Assembly (NCBI GenBank): GCA_041666545.1
Contig: JBAYGS010000001.1
Location: 153,942 to 217,941, forward strand
Length of the DNA: 64,000 nt
Direction of reading: 5' to 3'
Origin: Minisyncoccota bacterium
GTDB taxonomy: Bacteria > Patescibacteriota > Minisyncoccia > Phycocordibacterales > JBAYGS01
The notes below the pieces were generated by a model. That model was not told the origin of the DNA, did not search any database, and saw nothing but the letters and a program-made list of their open reading frames with translations. Positions 28,578 through 38,245 of this stretch are shown one piece after another; position 1 is the stretch's first letter, and the number at the start of each line of letters is the position of its first letter. The position numbers and the translations under genes are program-made.

Positions 28578-29864
28578 CTAATTTTTTGGCTCAACAATTT
28601 CGATGTTGATTCGATTTTCCTCGTCCGGCAAATTACTCTTCCAGAAAGGTCGGACTGAGACCGAAGCATCTTTAATGCCAGGATAGTTGGCAAAGACTCG
28701 GCTAGTGTCAGACTTTACCAAGCCGACCAAATCGGTTTTCAAGGCCTTAGTATCAACACTCCACACGATTATCGGCTGACCCTTCAAAGTAAAGGTTAGG
28801 GCCTGATCACTCCCGGTCTTGCCGGCACCTTGGCTAACCAGGGCGAATTTCAGGTCGGCTAGATTGGCGATTTCGACGGGTTTCTTATCGAATGTAGCCA
28901 GAGTCGATTCCGCCACAGCCCGAGCCAAGCGACCAGACTCGATAATCACAGCTTTAAGTTCACCGGTTTCGCCGACTGACGCCGTATTTTTATCAACCGT
29001 AGCAATCGGGGTTGGCGTAAAACCAATCTTGATGGTCTCATTGAAAATTGTGAAGCCTTGAGGAATAGATTTTTTTACCTCGGCGCGCAAAGCCTCATTA
29101 AGGCGAGCCTCAACTTTGGCAAGGGCGGCAATTCGATCGGCCTCCTCAACTTTTTTCACCGTGCCAACAAAACCGCCGATCATAGTAGTCTTGGAACGGG
29201 CATAAAAACCCTGATACCTTGGATCACCCTTGAAGCCCGGGATTGTAAAATCAACCAGGCCGAGATTGTATTTCTCTCCGGCTTCATCAGCATAAACAGT
29301 TGTCTCCACACTGCCCGGCACATAAACTCCGCCACTCTTGGTTCGACCCGGCACAGTCACCGAATCATGGATGCGATAGACTAGACCTTCGGCAGTCTGG
29401 AAGCGGGTATTTTTAATTAGCCTCTGTGTTGCCCCACTGTAGTTGTTGTAAATGATGATCTGACCGGAGGCACTTTGCGAAACCGCTTCCTCGCCGTTGG
29501 CCTTGACTTCCTCGCTATCGCTTTTTTTCAGTGACAACTCTTGGTAGATTAAATTACTATCGCTCACTGATTCCGGATAGGCCACAAAAGAAGCGTCTAG
29601 ATTTGCCGTCGCTGATTTTGGATTGATACTAATTTTCGCGCTTGAGAATAAGGACATGAAAGCGGCCGCGGCAAAAATCACGGCCAAGCCGGCCAAACCC
29701 CAAAGCACTTTACGAGCTAGTCCAGAATGTCGGTCGTCATCGGGCATCTGCAGGCGGTCACTGCGCTTCATTACCGGTCGAACTTTCCGGCCGTTAGGCA
29801 GAGGAATCTTGCGAATACTTCGCTCATTTGGTGGCAAAACATCTTGTAAAATATTTTTAGGCAT
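28578..29864 (-). CDS. hypothetical bitopic membrane protein (short cytoplasmic N-terminus, one TM, large extracytoplasmic domain)
   Basis: TM at residues ~55-75. Co-directional and immediately downstream of the actin-like ATPase gene, so a PilN/PilO-like role is possible but unproven. Confidence 0.45.
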   Translation of the reverse strand: MPKNILQDVLPPNERSIRKIPLPNGRKVRPVMKRSDRLQMPDDDRHSGLARKVLWGLAGLAVIFAAAAFMSLFSSAKISINPKSATANLDASFVAYPESVSDSNLIYQELSLKKSDSEEVKANGEEAVSQSASGQIIIYNNYSGATQRLIKNTRFQTAEGLVYRIHDSVTVPGRTKSGGVYVPGSVETTVYADEAGEKYNLGLVDFTIPGFKGDPRYQGFYARSKTTMIGGFVGTVKKVEEADRIAALAKVEARLNEALRAEVKKSIPQGFTIFNETIKIGFTPTPIATVDKNTASVGETGELKAVIIESGRLARAVAESTLATFDKKPVEIANLADLKFALVSQGAGKTGSDQALTFTLKGQPIIVWSVDTKALKTDLVGLVKSDTSRVFANYPGIKDASVSVRPFWKSNLPDEENRINIEIVEPKN

Positions 29865-29943
29865 AATTAAAATGGCAAAAGAGGTTATTTCCTAAATTTT
29901 AACACAGGTCTAGATAATTCTCGCCTGTGCATAAGTCGCACCC

Positions 29944-31167
29944 CTAAAGACTATTTAGAAAAATGGTATGTAGGATTGAAAACGGGTCGATTTGGGCCTT
30001 TTTGCCGAGTCGACAAAATTGCCGAAGATCGGCAACCGAGACAACCTTGACCGAGAAAGTCTGCTCGAGTGCGGCAAACTGAGTAAACTTGGCACTCTTA
30101 ACCCATAGAACTAAAGTTTCCATAAATTCCTCGTGGGTAATCAAAAAAAGTTTTTCCGGCAAAACTTCGTTGGCACCGAGCCGTTTCAGGGCCGAATCAA
30201 ACTGCCTGAGCCATGCCAATTTAGTTTCTTCGTTGGCTTCTTTAAGGGCAAGCGGTGTTTTGACTTCTTCAGTCGGCGAATTGACCAAGCGTTCTTGGTG
30301 CATTTTGATTGACGAAATTGCCACCGAGTTCGGCGCTCCGGCCGCCTTGGCCACCGCCCGAACTAGAGAGTTACCGCCAAGCGGATATGAGACCGCCTCA
30401 TGCAAAATTCCATCCCGAACCAACCAGATTTCAGTGACTTCACCACCAATCTCAACCAAAAGAAAATCGGTTTCGGAATGAAAAATATTTCGGAGGGCCG
30501 AAAAGCTAGACAAAGTGAAGGTGTGAAATTTAGGTAAGACACCGAGAAACTCTCGCGCCACCATCTCCTGAATTTTTTGGAGTAAATCAGCCGGAGCCAC
30601 ACTCAAGAAAAGTGTTAGAGCCAATTCATCCGCTTCTTTCCCGTATGGCTTGGCGGTTTCGTAGCCGTTGAGCTTCAATTGGATGACGTGTTTTTCCAGC
30701 TTCACCATTTGCCGACCACCGTGCTCGCCAAAATCACTCGCCTCCTCCACGGTCAAAAACCGGCTCTCCTCACCCTCTATCAATTTGGCGACCAGATTTG
30801 GCGTAACTTCAAAAGGTTTGTCTTGTCGCATCACTAGTCTTTTCGTTTCTGAAGCAAACCACGGTGAGGATAAAATGCAGTGAGCTTGCCTAATCTTCCC
30901 AGCACCAAAACGAGTAAAATGCAGGTGCTCCAGGCCCTCTCTAGAAATTCTTTTTAAAACACGATTCAAGGTCTCGAGCGTCAATATCGCAAAACGCTTT
31001 GGGTCCCGATTTGGCTCGATTGGAATCGGCTCTCGATAAGTGTAGACAACCTCCGGCCGGTCAATTTTAGAAATTTTTGAAATGGTGGCCGCGATACTTG
31101 AACTGCCAATTTCCAAAATCAAATTAACTTCTTCCTTTGGCTGTCTTCTGAAAGGGAAAAAATTCAT
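29944..31167 (-). CDS. actin-like (ASKHA) ATPase, PilM/FtsA-like
   Basis: Phosphate-1 motif LILEIGSSSIAATI. Phosphate-2 motif LLVEIGGEVTEIWLV followed by GGNSLVRAVA. Ppx/GppA cannot be fully excluded. Confidence 0.5.
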   Translation of the reverse strand: MNFFPFRRQPKEEVNLILEIGSSSIAATISKISKIDRPEVVYTYREPIPIEPNRDPKRFAILTLETLNRVLKRISREGLEHLHFTRFGAGKIRQAHCILSSPWFASETKRLVMRQDKPFEVTPNLVAKLIEGEESRFLTVEEASDFGEHGGRQMVKLEKHVIQLKLNGYETAKPYGKEADELALTLFLSVAPADLLQKIQEMVAREFLGVLPKFHTFTLSSFSALRNIFHSETDFLLVEIGGEVTEIWLVRDGILHEAVSYPLGGNSLVRAVAKAAGAPNSVAISSIKMHQERLVNSPTEEVKTPLALKEANEETKLAWLRQFDSALKRLGANEVLPEKLFLITHEEFMETLVLWVKSAKFTQFAALEQTFSVKVVSVADLRQFCRLGKKAQIDPFSILHTIFLNSL

Positions 31168-31240
31168 TTATAAATTATAACATGAAGACTGGCGGTTGAA
31201 CTGTGAATACTTGTCGCCACCTACGACTAACTTGTGATGT

Positions 31241-31268
31241 TTGACAAATTTCCTTAATTATGTATTAT
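31241..31268 (+). promoter_or_regulatory. sigma70-like promoter (TTGACA-16-TATTAT)
   Basis: Consensus-like hexamers upstream of the 31315 gene, which has a gagga RBS. Confidence 0.5.
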
Positions 31269-31314
31269 TTAGAGAGCAGCTCCTTGAGAAAAACAATCAA
31301 AAAATGAGGAAATT

Positions 31315-32151
31315 ATGACAAGCATTCAAAAGCGGTTTCTGTTTTGTGCGTGCGGTGGAGCGATTGGCGCCACTCTGGCGTTTGAGTTTCAAGCCTGGTG
31401 GTGGCTCATTTCGGCCATCTCCGCCTTGACCGGCTGGATTTCGGCGGATTATGCTGGCTTCCTCGTCGGCTGTCGGCAGACCTACGGCAAGGCCAAGTCG
31501 GAAATCTCGGCCAAATTTAAGAATTGTTTCGGCCACACCATGCCGAACAGCAACGCAGAAATGCGGTCTCTGAAAATCCGCGATTACACTCTTGGGGCCG
31601 CATTCATCACCATTCTCGTGCCGCAGGTATTCCTAGCAACTTTTCTTGTGTGCACAACAATCGACTTAACAGTCTTCCATCGCGCTGGCCAGGTGTTCCT
31701 TCTGTCGCCACTCCAAGCTCTTGCTAATGCAACTATCACCGGCCTACAATTCGGTTTTGGGTTGGGGATTACCGTTGCGGTACTCTCCGCCCATGGGCTC
31801 CGCAACGAATCTAAGGAGTACTTTGAGAAAGACATCGCCCAGATTAGTTCCGGGTTCAAATACCTGAACCCCTTATTCTGGGTCCCCTTCATTCCTCTGA
31901 CTGTCGTGAAATTCACAGCTCGCCACCTGAAAAACCTGATTCGTCTTGTCCACAGTGATGAGCGGGCCGTTTATGCGATCTGCTTTACCGCCGGCACCAT
32001 CGCCGGATTTATCGCCGGCCGTTCGCTTGAATTGCCTCACCTTGGCCGGCTGACGGCCACCTTGGTTGGCGCCCTCACCGGCTTTGGTTTGGCCTGGCTC
32101 GATTGGAAAATTCTTTCCCTCAGGCTCGGCTGGCGAACCATCAAATCTTGA
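31315..32151 (+). CDS. hypothetical polytopic membrane protein
   Basis: Multiple hydrophobic helices. No recognised family. Confidence 0.5.
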   Translation: MTSIQKRFLFCACGGAIGATLAFEFQAWWWLISAISALTGWISADYAGFLVGCRQTYGKAKSEISAKFKNCFGHTMPNSNAEMRSLKIRDYTLGAAFITILVPQVFLATFLVCTTIDLTVFHRAGQVFLLSPLQALANATITGLQFGFGLGITVAVLSAHGLRNESKEYFEKDIAQISSGFKYLNPLFWVPFIPLTVVKFTARHLKNLIRLVHSDERAVYAICFTAGTIAGFIAGRSLELPHLGRLTATLVGALTGFGLAWLDWKILSLRLGWRTIKS

Positions 32152-32168
32152 GCTGACTTAATTCGCTC

Positions 32169-32200
32169 ACACCTCACTCTTCCCAGGGTGAGGTTTTTTC
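32169..32200 (+). terminator. rho-independent terminator
   Basis: cctcactcttcccagggtgaggttttttc. Confidence 0.7.
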
Positions 32201-32476
32201 AATCCCAGGAAACCCCGTCCGACTCTTCCCTCTCTAGGGCGGGGCTGAGTGGGCAACGGCTTAGCGCATTCTGATGTGCTAAGCCGTAATCATTCTGATG
32301 CCTTGAAAGGAAACCTCGGTCGTAGCGGAGCGGAGGCCGGGGAGGAGGTCATTAATTTATCTAAAAATTCGAACCGCAGTCCAATACCCGACCAACACCT
32401 TGCAACAAGCCTTCCCCCTATCCCCTCATCATTATCCCCATACAAATTACTCGCGGTCGTGTATAATTTGTATGTT

Positions 32477-33049
32477 ATGGGAAAGGCTGAAGAACAATCA
32501 GGAAAACGGGAGCAGAGGGAGAAAATCAAGGAGACACTTCTGCTGGCTGTAAAAGCGGCCGGGGTGTTGTCCGTTGCCCTGCTCGCACCCAACGCTCTAA
32601 AAATGTTTCGATCTCTAAATTCAAAAAGCCCAAACCTAACATCACGGGTAAATCGGTCACGAAATCGACTTATTAAGCAGGGTCTTCTTAAGTGGCAAGC
32701 CGGTGGTTATCTACGACTAACCGACAAAGGCGAACAGTTTTTGAGAATATCAGAGGCTAAAAGCTATGCGCTTAAGCGGCCTAACCGATGGGACAAAAAA
32801 TGGCGAATCTTGGTTTTTGATATTCCGGAGTATCGGCACAGTTTGCGGGATAAAATCAGAAATATTTTAGGCAGTATCGGCTTCATTCGACTCCAGAATA
32901 GTGTCTGGGTTTATCCCTACGATTGTGAAGATTTCATCACCTTATTAAAGGCCGACCTAAAGGTCGGTAAAGATTTGCTATATGTGATTGCTGACTCCAT
33001 TGAAAACGATCGCCAAATTCGCACCAAATTTGGCTTGACCAATGACTAG
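32477..33049 (+). CDS. winged-helix plus Cas2/VapD-like fold protein (PaaX-like architecture)
   Basis: The C-terminal WRILVFDIPEYRHSLRDKIRNILGSIGFIRLQNSVWVYP resembles the Cas2/PaaX-C pattern (vYDi...R..l...L...G.r.Q.SVf). A TATAAT lies 9 nt upstream of the ATG at 32477. The ORF-track start at 32249 is considered untranslated leader. Confidence 0.5.
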   Translation: MGKAEEQSGKREQREKIKETLLLAVKAAGVLSVALLAPNALKMFRSLNSKSPNLTSRVNRSRNRLIKQGLLKWQAGGYLRLTDKGEQFLRISEAKSYALKRPNRWDKKWRILVFDIPEYRHSLRDKIRNILGSIGFIRLQNSVWVYPYDCEDFITLLKADLKVGKDLLYVIADSIENDRQIRTKFGLTND

Positions 33050-33338
33050 CAACCATTGACCCTTTTGCCTTCAAAATTTTATCAGTCCCAAATTCTAAGG
33101 TGGCGACAGACCTGAAAATATTGTCACCATTTAGTTCCGGAAAATCATTCCAATCCCACGGCAGATCCTCGCCAGCCCACCTTGCCTCCTCATACATTTT
33201 TTCCACGACCGCGATAAAAATGTATGAGGAACAGCTAAAGAAAACCTGTAGGAAAAGCTACAGAGCACACACATGTGGCGGTTTATCTTAGATTGGAAAA
33301 AGAGTGCCTGCGTGGCGAAAAATTCTAGGCTGACACAA

Positions 33339-35156
33339 TTATAACTCGAGTACAGCTTTAATACGCCGCACGCCAGCTGAAACCGCTTCTTCTTTTTGGA
33401 TTCTAAAGTGACCGAGCTCGGAAGTATTTTTCACATGAGGCCCGCCACAAAATTCTTTTGAGTAGGCTGAGCTTAAATCATTGCCGATATAGTGAACTGA
33501 AACCGTCTCGCCGTATTTGTCACCAAAGAAATGCAGGGCGCCAGACTTTTCCGCTTCAGCTTTTGGCAATTCGACTCGATGAACATCGAGTTCGGCCTGA
33601 ATTTTCTCATTTACAATCGCTTCGACTTTTTTCTTCTCTTCATCGGTCATTTTTTGCGGATGAGTAAAATCAAAACGCAATCTCTCCGGCGTGATATTAC
33701 TGCCTTTTTGAGAAACGTGGTTACCTAGAACATCTCGAAGCGTCTGGTGAAGCAGGTGGGTTGCCGTGTGGTACTTAACCGACATTTCTGATGTGTCCCC
33801 TAGCCCGCCTTTAAATTTCTTCTCGGCACCGGCGCGAGAAATCTCTTTATGCTTTTCGATCTCATCTCGGAATCCAGCAACATCGACCGAAAGGCCACGC
33901 TTTTTAGCAAAATCTACTATCATATCTATAGGTAGACCGTAGGACGAGAACAGCAAGAAAGCATCTGCACCTGAGATGTCTGAATTTGCGTTTTTTTCCA
34001 ATTTACTCAAACCGTGCTGCAAAGCCTTACCAAACTGGACGACTTCATGAAAAATCACCGAGATAATCTCCTCTTTCCGATTATCAATTTCTTTGTAAGT
34101 ATCGCTGTAGACAAAAGCAACCATTTCAACAATCGATTTTATTTCTAATTCCGAAATCGTCTTGTTTGGGATAACAGAGACTGCCCTACGAATCAAACGG
34201 CGCAAAAAATATCCACGATCAACATTTGACGGAAGCACGCCGTCGACAATCAAGAATATCGCTGAACGCAAGTGATCTGCAATTATTCTGAGCGATCTCA
34301 GGTCATCGCCAAGAACAGAAGTTATTGCTCTGACTACCGAAAGGCCATCCTGTTCAAACACACTCCCGGTCAAAATGTCTGGGTCGTAATTCGTCGCTGC
34401 AGTTATTCGCTCAAGCCCTCCACCAAAGTCTACATTTCTCTGGGCTAATTTTTTAAAGCTTCCATCGGCCTGTTTTTGATATTCCATGAAGACCGAATTA
34501 CCGATTTCCATAAAACGTCCGCAGTCACAATTCTGATGACATTTATCAGCTTTCCATTGTGAACCAGCATGAGTTCCCTTTTCATCATCAGGATCAAAAT
34601 CAAAGAACACTTCAGAGTCCGGACCTCCTGGTTCTCCCGCTGGCATATTTTCCGGCACCCCAGAACGTGACCACCAGTTTTTCGTGGCACCGTAAAATCT
34701 AATGTGACTATCTTCGATCCCTAATTTTCGCCAAATTTCCGCCGATTCAGTATCCTTGGGAAGTCCGAGCTTTTTGTCACCTTCAAAACAGCTCACCCAA
34801 AGTCTTCTAGAATCAAGTTTGATCTCCTTAACTAAAAACTCGTACAAATAGCTGAGTTGCTCTTCCTTCCAGTAATCCCCCAGCGACCAATTACCCAACA
34901 TCTCAAAGAAAGTCGTATGACGATTGTCACCAACTTCTTCAATATCTTCGCTCCGGAAACACTTCTGTGAATCGGCCAAGCGCGTGCCTGCCGAATGCTT
35001 TTGGCCCAAAAGATACGGCACCAGGGGTTGCATACCTGAACCGGTAAAAAGTGTCGTCGAATCGTTTTCTGGAATCAAAGAGGCCGAAGGGATTATCTTG
35101 TGTCCCTTGCTTTTGAAAAATTTTAGGTATTTTGTCCTAACATCATTTAGCTTCAT
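33339..35156 (-). CDS. alaS: alanyl-tRNA synthetase, short form lacking the C-terminal C-Ala domain
   Basis: Class II catalytic core (FTGSGMQP..., FEMLGNWSLGDY), tRNA-recognition domain and editing domain (HTATHLLH...CGGPHV). It ends after the editing domain. Start is likely the ATG at 35156 (MKLNDV) with a ggag RBS. Confidence 0.85.
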   Translation of the reverse strand: MKLNDVRTKYLKFFKSKGHKIIPSASLIPENDSTTLFTGSGMQPLVPYLLGQKHSAGTRLADSQKCFRSEDIEEVGDNRHTTFFEMLGNWSLGDYWKEEQLSYLYEFLVKEIKLDSRRLWVSCFEGDKKLGLPKDTESAEIWRKLGIEDSHIRFYGATKNWWSRSGVPENMPAGEPGGPDSEVFFDFDPDDEKGTHAGSQWKADKCHQNCDCGRFMEIGNSVFMEYQKQADGSFKKLAQRNVDFGGGLERITAATNYDPDILTGSVFEQDGLSVVRAITSVLGDDLRSLRIIADHLRSAIFLIVDGVLPSNVDRGYFLRRLIRRAVSVIPNKTISELEIKSIVEMVAFVYSDTYKEIDNRKEEIISVIFHEVVQFGKALQHGLSKLEKNANSDISGADAFLLFSSYGLPIDMIVDFAKKRGLSVDVAGFRDEIEKHKEISRAGAEKKFKGGLGDTSEMSVKYHTATHLLHQTLRDVLGNHVSQKGSNITPERLRFDFTHPQKMTDEEKKKVEAIVNEKIQAELDVHRVELPKAEAEKSGALHFFGDKYGETVSVHYIGNDLSSAYSKEFCGGPHVKNTSELGHFRIQKEEAVSAGVRRIKAVLEL

Positions 35157-35166
35157 AGGCTCCACT

Positions 35167-36927
35167 TTACCGCTTTTTGAGGAGCGACTCAAGCCGGTCG
35201 ATGTTTTTCGAGACCGATCTCAAGCCCTCAACAAAGAAAGCCGGATCAGATACATCAATACCAATTGACCGGAAAATGTCTTCAGGACTTTGACTGCCAC
35301 CGGCGCTTAGGAACTGTTTAATCTTGGCCAGGTAGCCTTTATCGGCCCGGTATCTTTCGTAGAGCGCTTTGCTGACCAACTGGCCGAAAGCGTAGGAGTA
35401 AACATAGAAAAAGCGTCTGATATGGGACCAATAGACGAAGAAGTAGCCGTCGTCCTCGGTAAGCTCGACCGCCGAACCCAAATATTTTTTCATTTCTGAA
35501 TTCATTAGAGCCGCAATCTCTTCTTTAGTTAAAGCGCCCTTCGCCCTAATCTGATTATGAAGCGCCAATTCAAAATTGAAACAGGCAATCTGACGCCAAA
35601 TAGTTTGAATGTCATCGTTGATCCGATCATGTAAGGCGATAACCTTCTCAGCCTCGGTCAAACGGCTGAAGATTTCCTCAAAAGCCAGATTTTCAAAAAA
35701 GGTGCTGGCAACTTCAGCCGAGGCAATCGTGTAATCGCGATAAAGTGGTGGTTGGTTTTTACGGCTGTATTCACCGTGAATTGCATGACCCATCTCGTGT
35801 GCCAAGGTCATCACCGAGTCGGCCGTGTCCACATGATTAAGGAGCACGAAAGTCGGACCGATTTGGTTGCTCGAGCAATAGGCTCCGCCAGTTTTGCCGA
35901 CTTTAGGAAAAACATCAATTTGCCCGGCTTCAAGATAATCCGAAAAAATTCTGGCAAACTCCGGATCCGCCGCGCCAAAAGATTTCTTAATCAAGTCCAC
36001 CCCATCGGCAAATGCAAATTTATGGTTAATGTGGCCGATTGAAACATTGCGGTCGGCATAAGTCAGTTTTTTAGCCTTCAATAGTTTGGCCTTTAAGCGA
36101 TAAAAGCGATGACTAATTGAAGCGTGGTCATTTACGGCCGCCACTAAGGATTCTACGGTTTTCTCCTCATTTTCATAGGAGAGAAGCGTACCTGAATAAG
36201 GTTTTTTAAAGTGGCGCAATTCATCGTTAATTTTCTTATCGATGACAATCGCGTTGAGTTCGGCCTCGGCAAAGCTACTCAAATCTTTCAGTCTGGCCAT
36301 AATCTCGCGGTGCAGGAGCACTCTTTCACCTCCTGGCAAATCGGCCACCAAATTTATGGCCTGGCCGATCGACAATTTCTTTTTGCCGAAGGTGATTGAA
36401 TTCCTGCCCAAAATTTTCTCATTGCCGGCTACCCACAGACTCTGACTCGGCTGGGCTTTTAGACTGAGAATTTTTTCCTCCGGCTCGGAGAGATGATGCT
36501 TGGACCATCGGAAAACTGTTTTGAGATAATACTTGAATGGGGCGAGCTGTTTTGATTTCAAAAACTGCTTTTGTAGGGTCGGAGAAATATTCTCCAGTGC
36601 CAACCGGAAAAATAAAAGCGAGTTGTCAGCTTTGGTCAGGCGGTCCAGCAAAAGATTGGACTTGGCCTCTGCCTCATGGTCGTGAGCATTTAGATCCTGG
36701 CGATAACCCAAATAGTTTAAAGCCCAAGAAGATCGCAAACTGTCAAAAAGATACCCGTAATCGGTCAGTGCTTTAAAGAGCTCACCTTCGTCAGTTGTAT
36801 ATGATTTGCTATTTCTATATTTCTTAGCAAAAAGGCCGTAGGCCCTTTCCAGAGCTTTAATATCTTGTTCAATTTTCGGGTCCAAGATGGATTTGTATAG
36901 CAAATCAAGATTCCAAGTGGTTTTCAT
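35167..36927 (-). CDS. pepF: oligoendopeptidase F (M3 family)
   Basis: HEMGHAIH zinc motif and M3B family-wide similarity. Confidence 0.85.
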   Translation of the reverse strand: MKTTWNLDLLYKSILDPKIEQDIKALERAYGLFAKKYRNSKSYTTDEGELFKALTDYGYLFDSLRSSWALNYLGYRQDLNAHDHEAEAKSNLLLDRLTKADNSLLFFRLALENISPTLQKQFLKSKQLAPFKYYLKTVFRWSKHHLSEPEEKILSLKAQPSQSLWVAGNEKILGRNSITFGKKKLSIGQAINLVADLPGGERVLLHREIMARLKDLSSFAEAELNAIVIDKKINDELRHFKKPYSGTLLSYENEEKTVESLVAAVNDHASISHRFYRLKAKLLKAKKLTYADRNVSIGHINHKFAFADGVDLIKKSFGAADPEFARIFSDYLEAGQIDVFPKVGKTGGAYCSSNQIGPTFVLLNHVDTADSVMTLAHEMGHAIHGEYSRKNQPPLYRDYTIASAEVASTFFENLAFEEIFSRLTEAEKVIALHDRINDDIQTIWRQIACFNFELALHNQIRAKGALTKEEIAALMNSEMKKYLGSAVELTEDDGYFFVYWSHIRRFFYVYSYAFGQLVSKALYERYRADKGYLAKIKQFLSAGGSQSPEDIFRSIGIDVSDPAFFVEGLRSVSKNIDRLESLLKKR

Positions 36928-37042
36928 CCCGTTAGAAATTTTTAGTTAATAACTTAGTGTTACTTAGTCTAGCAGATTCACTCGCAAAGGCCACCATAAT
37001 TTAAAGTATTACGGTCATTCTCTATGACCTATTTCTAACGGA
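36925..37042 (-). repeat. MITE-like element, copy 2 (inverted orientation, slightly diverged termini)
   Basis: Termini CATCCCGTTAGAAAT / ATTTCTAACGGAA. Palindrome GGTCATTCtCTATGACC next to the right end. The element abuts or overlaps the pepF start codon. Confidence 0.6.
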
Positions 37043-37091
37043 ATTCATCCTCTAAATATAACAGCTATTAATATTTTTAAAAGCCAATCTT

Positions 37092-37131
37092 GCAAACAAA
37101 AATATCGCCAGACCTATTCAGGCCTGGCGAT
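37092..37131 (-). terminator. terminator of the 37137..37508 gene
   Basis: tatcgccagacctattcaggcctggcgata preceded by an A-run (T-run in minus sense). Confidence 0.6.
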
Positions 37132-37136
37132 AACCT

Positions 37137-37508
37137 CTAGCCCCGCATAATCGACATTAATCCAGTTCGATTCCTTGTGTTGTACCTAACAATGTAACTG
37201 CCAAAGGAATCTTGGAAGTTCAATCTCACAAACCGACCCCGAAGGATAAAATCCTCTCCAGAATCACCCACCCAGGTAAAACTGTTCACGCAACCAAACA
37301 GTGCTACGGTAGTTCGCTCAGCAAGCCACTTCGGATCATTGTTTGCGACAAAACGAAACCTAGGAAGATGTCGATTTGGTACATCAAGAGCAAACTCTAC
37401 TCCAGGACGATGCCCGGGCAGTCCGCCAACAGCGTCTCTCAAAAGCTCCCTTGATGGGCCGTCTGTGACTTTAAAGGTCCCGACTCTAACTCTGGTTTGT
37501 TGTGCCAT
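37137..37508 (-). CDS. hypothetical protein (123 aa), GC-richer
   Basis: Perfect RBS aaaggag 7 nt upstream of the ATG. No recognised family. Confidence 0.5.
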   Translation of the reverse strand: MAQQTRVRVGTFKVTDGPSRELLRDAVGGLPGHRPGVEFALDVPNRHLPRFRFVANNDPKWLAERTTVALFGCVNSFTWVGDSGEDFILRGRFVRLNFQDSFGSYIVRYNTRNRTGLMSIMRG

Positions 37509-37650
37509 ACAGCACTCCTTTCTTAGTGAACAATCCGTTTAGGGCACGGATATAGCCCCTTATTCCCCACCTTGTGGTGCAGAGAACGACTTAGCCATAC
37601 AGCTAAGTATCTTTTTTCAGATTAACATTTTTTGTATTTCTTGTCAATAC

Positions 37651-38244
37651 CTACTTAACTTTGCTTAGAATTTTAAAATCCTCCTTCAATTCAGGCAATT
37701 TAGTCCGGTTGTAAATCGCCACACACGGATGATAGAGGGCTACGATATGGATATCGCCGTAGCTCGCTTTGGCTGGATATTTTTTACCATGAGCCTTGCC
37801 TATCGGCTCCATTTCAAAATCCAAATCGAATTTTTTCATAATGTAGCCGTAGGAATACCGGCCAAGTGCCGCAATAATTTTTGGTTGAATAATTTCAATC
37901 TGACGATCCAAAAAAGGCCCATAAATTTCTATTTCCTCGGGTGAAGGGTCGCGATTTTCCTGCGGACGATCTTTGACGATATTGGTTATATAAACTTCGG
38001 TGCGAGGAATTTTTACTGAATCCAAAAGCTCATCCAAAATTTTTCCCGCCGCGCCACAAAATGGCCGGCCAGTTTTGGCTTCATTTCGGCCTGGCGCTTC
38101 ACCAACGAACATTATCCTCGAGTCATGGCTTCCCTCCCCGATTACCGGGAAATAATTGTTTGAAATCCGATATTCGTAAAGCGGAGAACTTTTTAACGCC
38201 AAAACCTCCTCCTTAATTATTCGCATTAAATCTGTCTTGACCAT
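37651..38244 (-). CDS. uracil-DNA glycosylase, family 4
   Basis: GEAPGRNEAKTGRPFCGAAGKILDELL motif and a Cys cluster. Confidence 0.85.
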   Translation of the reverse strand: MVKTDLMRIIKEEVLALKSSPLYEYRISNNYFPVIGEGSHDSRIMFVGEAPGRNEAKTGRPFCGAAGKILDELLDSVKIPRTEVYITNIVKDRPQENRDPSPEEIEIYGPFLDRQIEIIQPKIIAALGRYSYGYIMKKFDLDFEMEPIGKAHGKKYPAKASYGDIHIVALYHPCVAIYNRTKLPELKEDFKILSKVK

Positions 38245-38245
38245 C

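Noticed and set aside
32937-33206. 89-aa minus-strand ORF overlapping the 3' end of the Cas2-fold gene
   Set aside because: It is mostly antisense to a better-supported gene and has no RBS or family.
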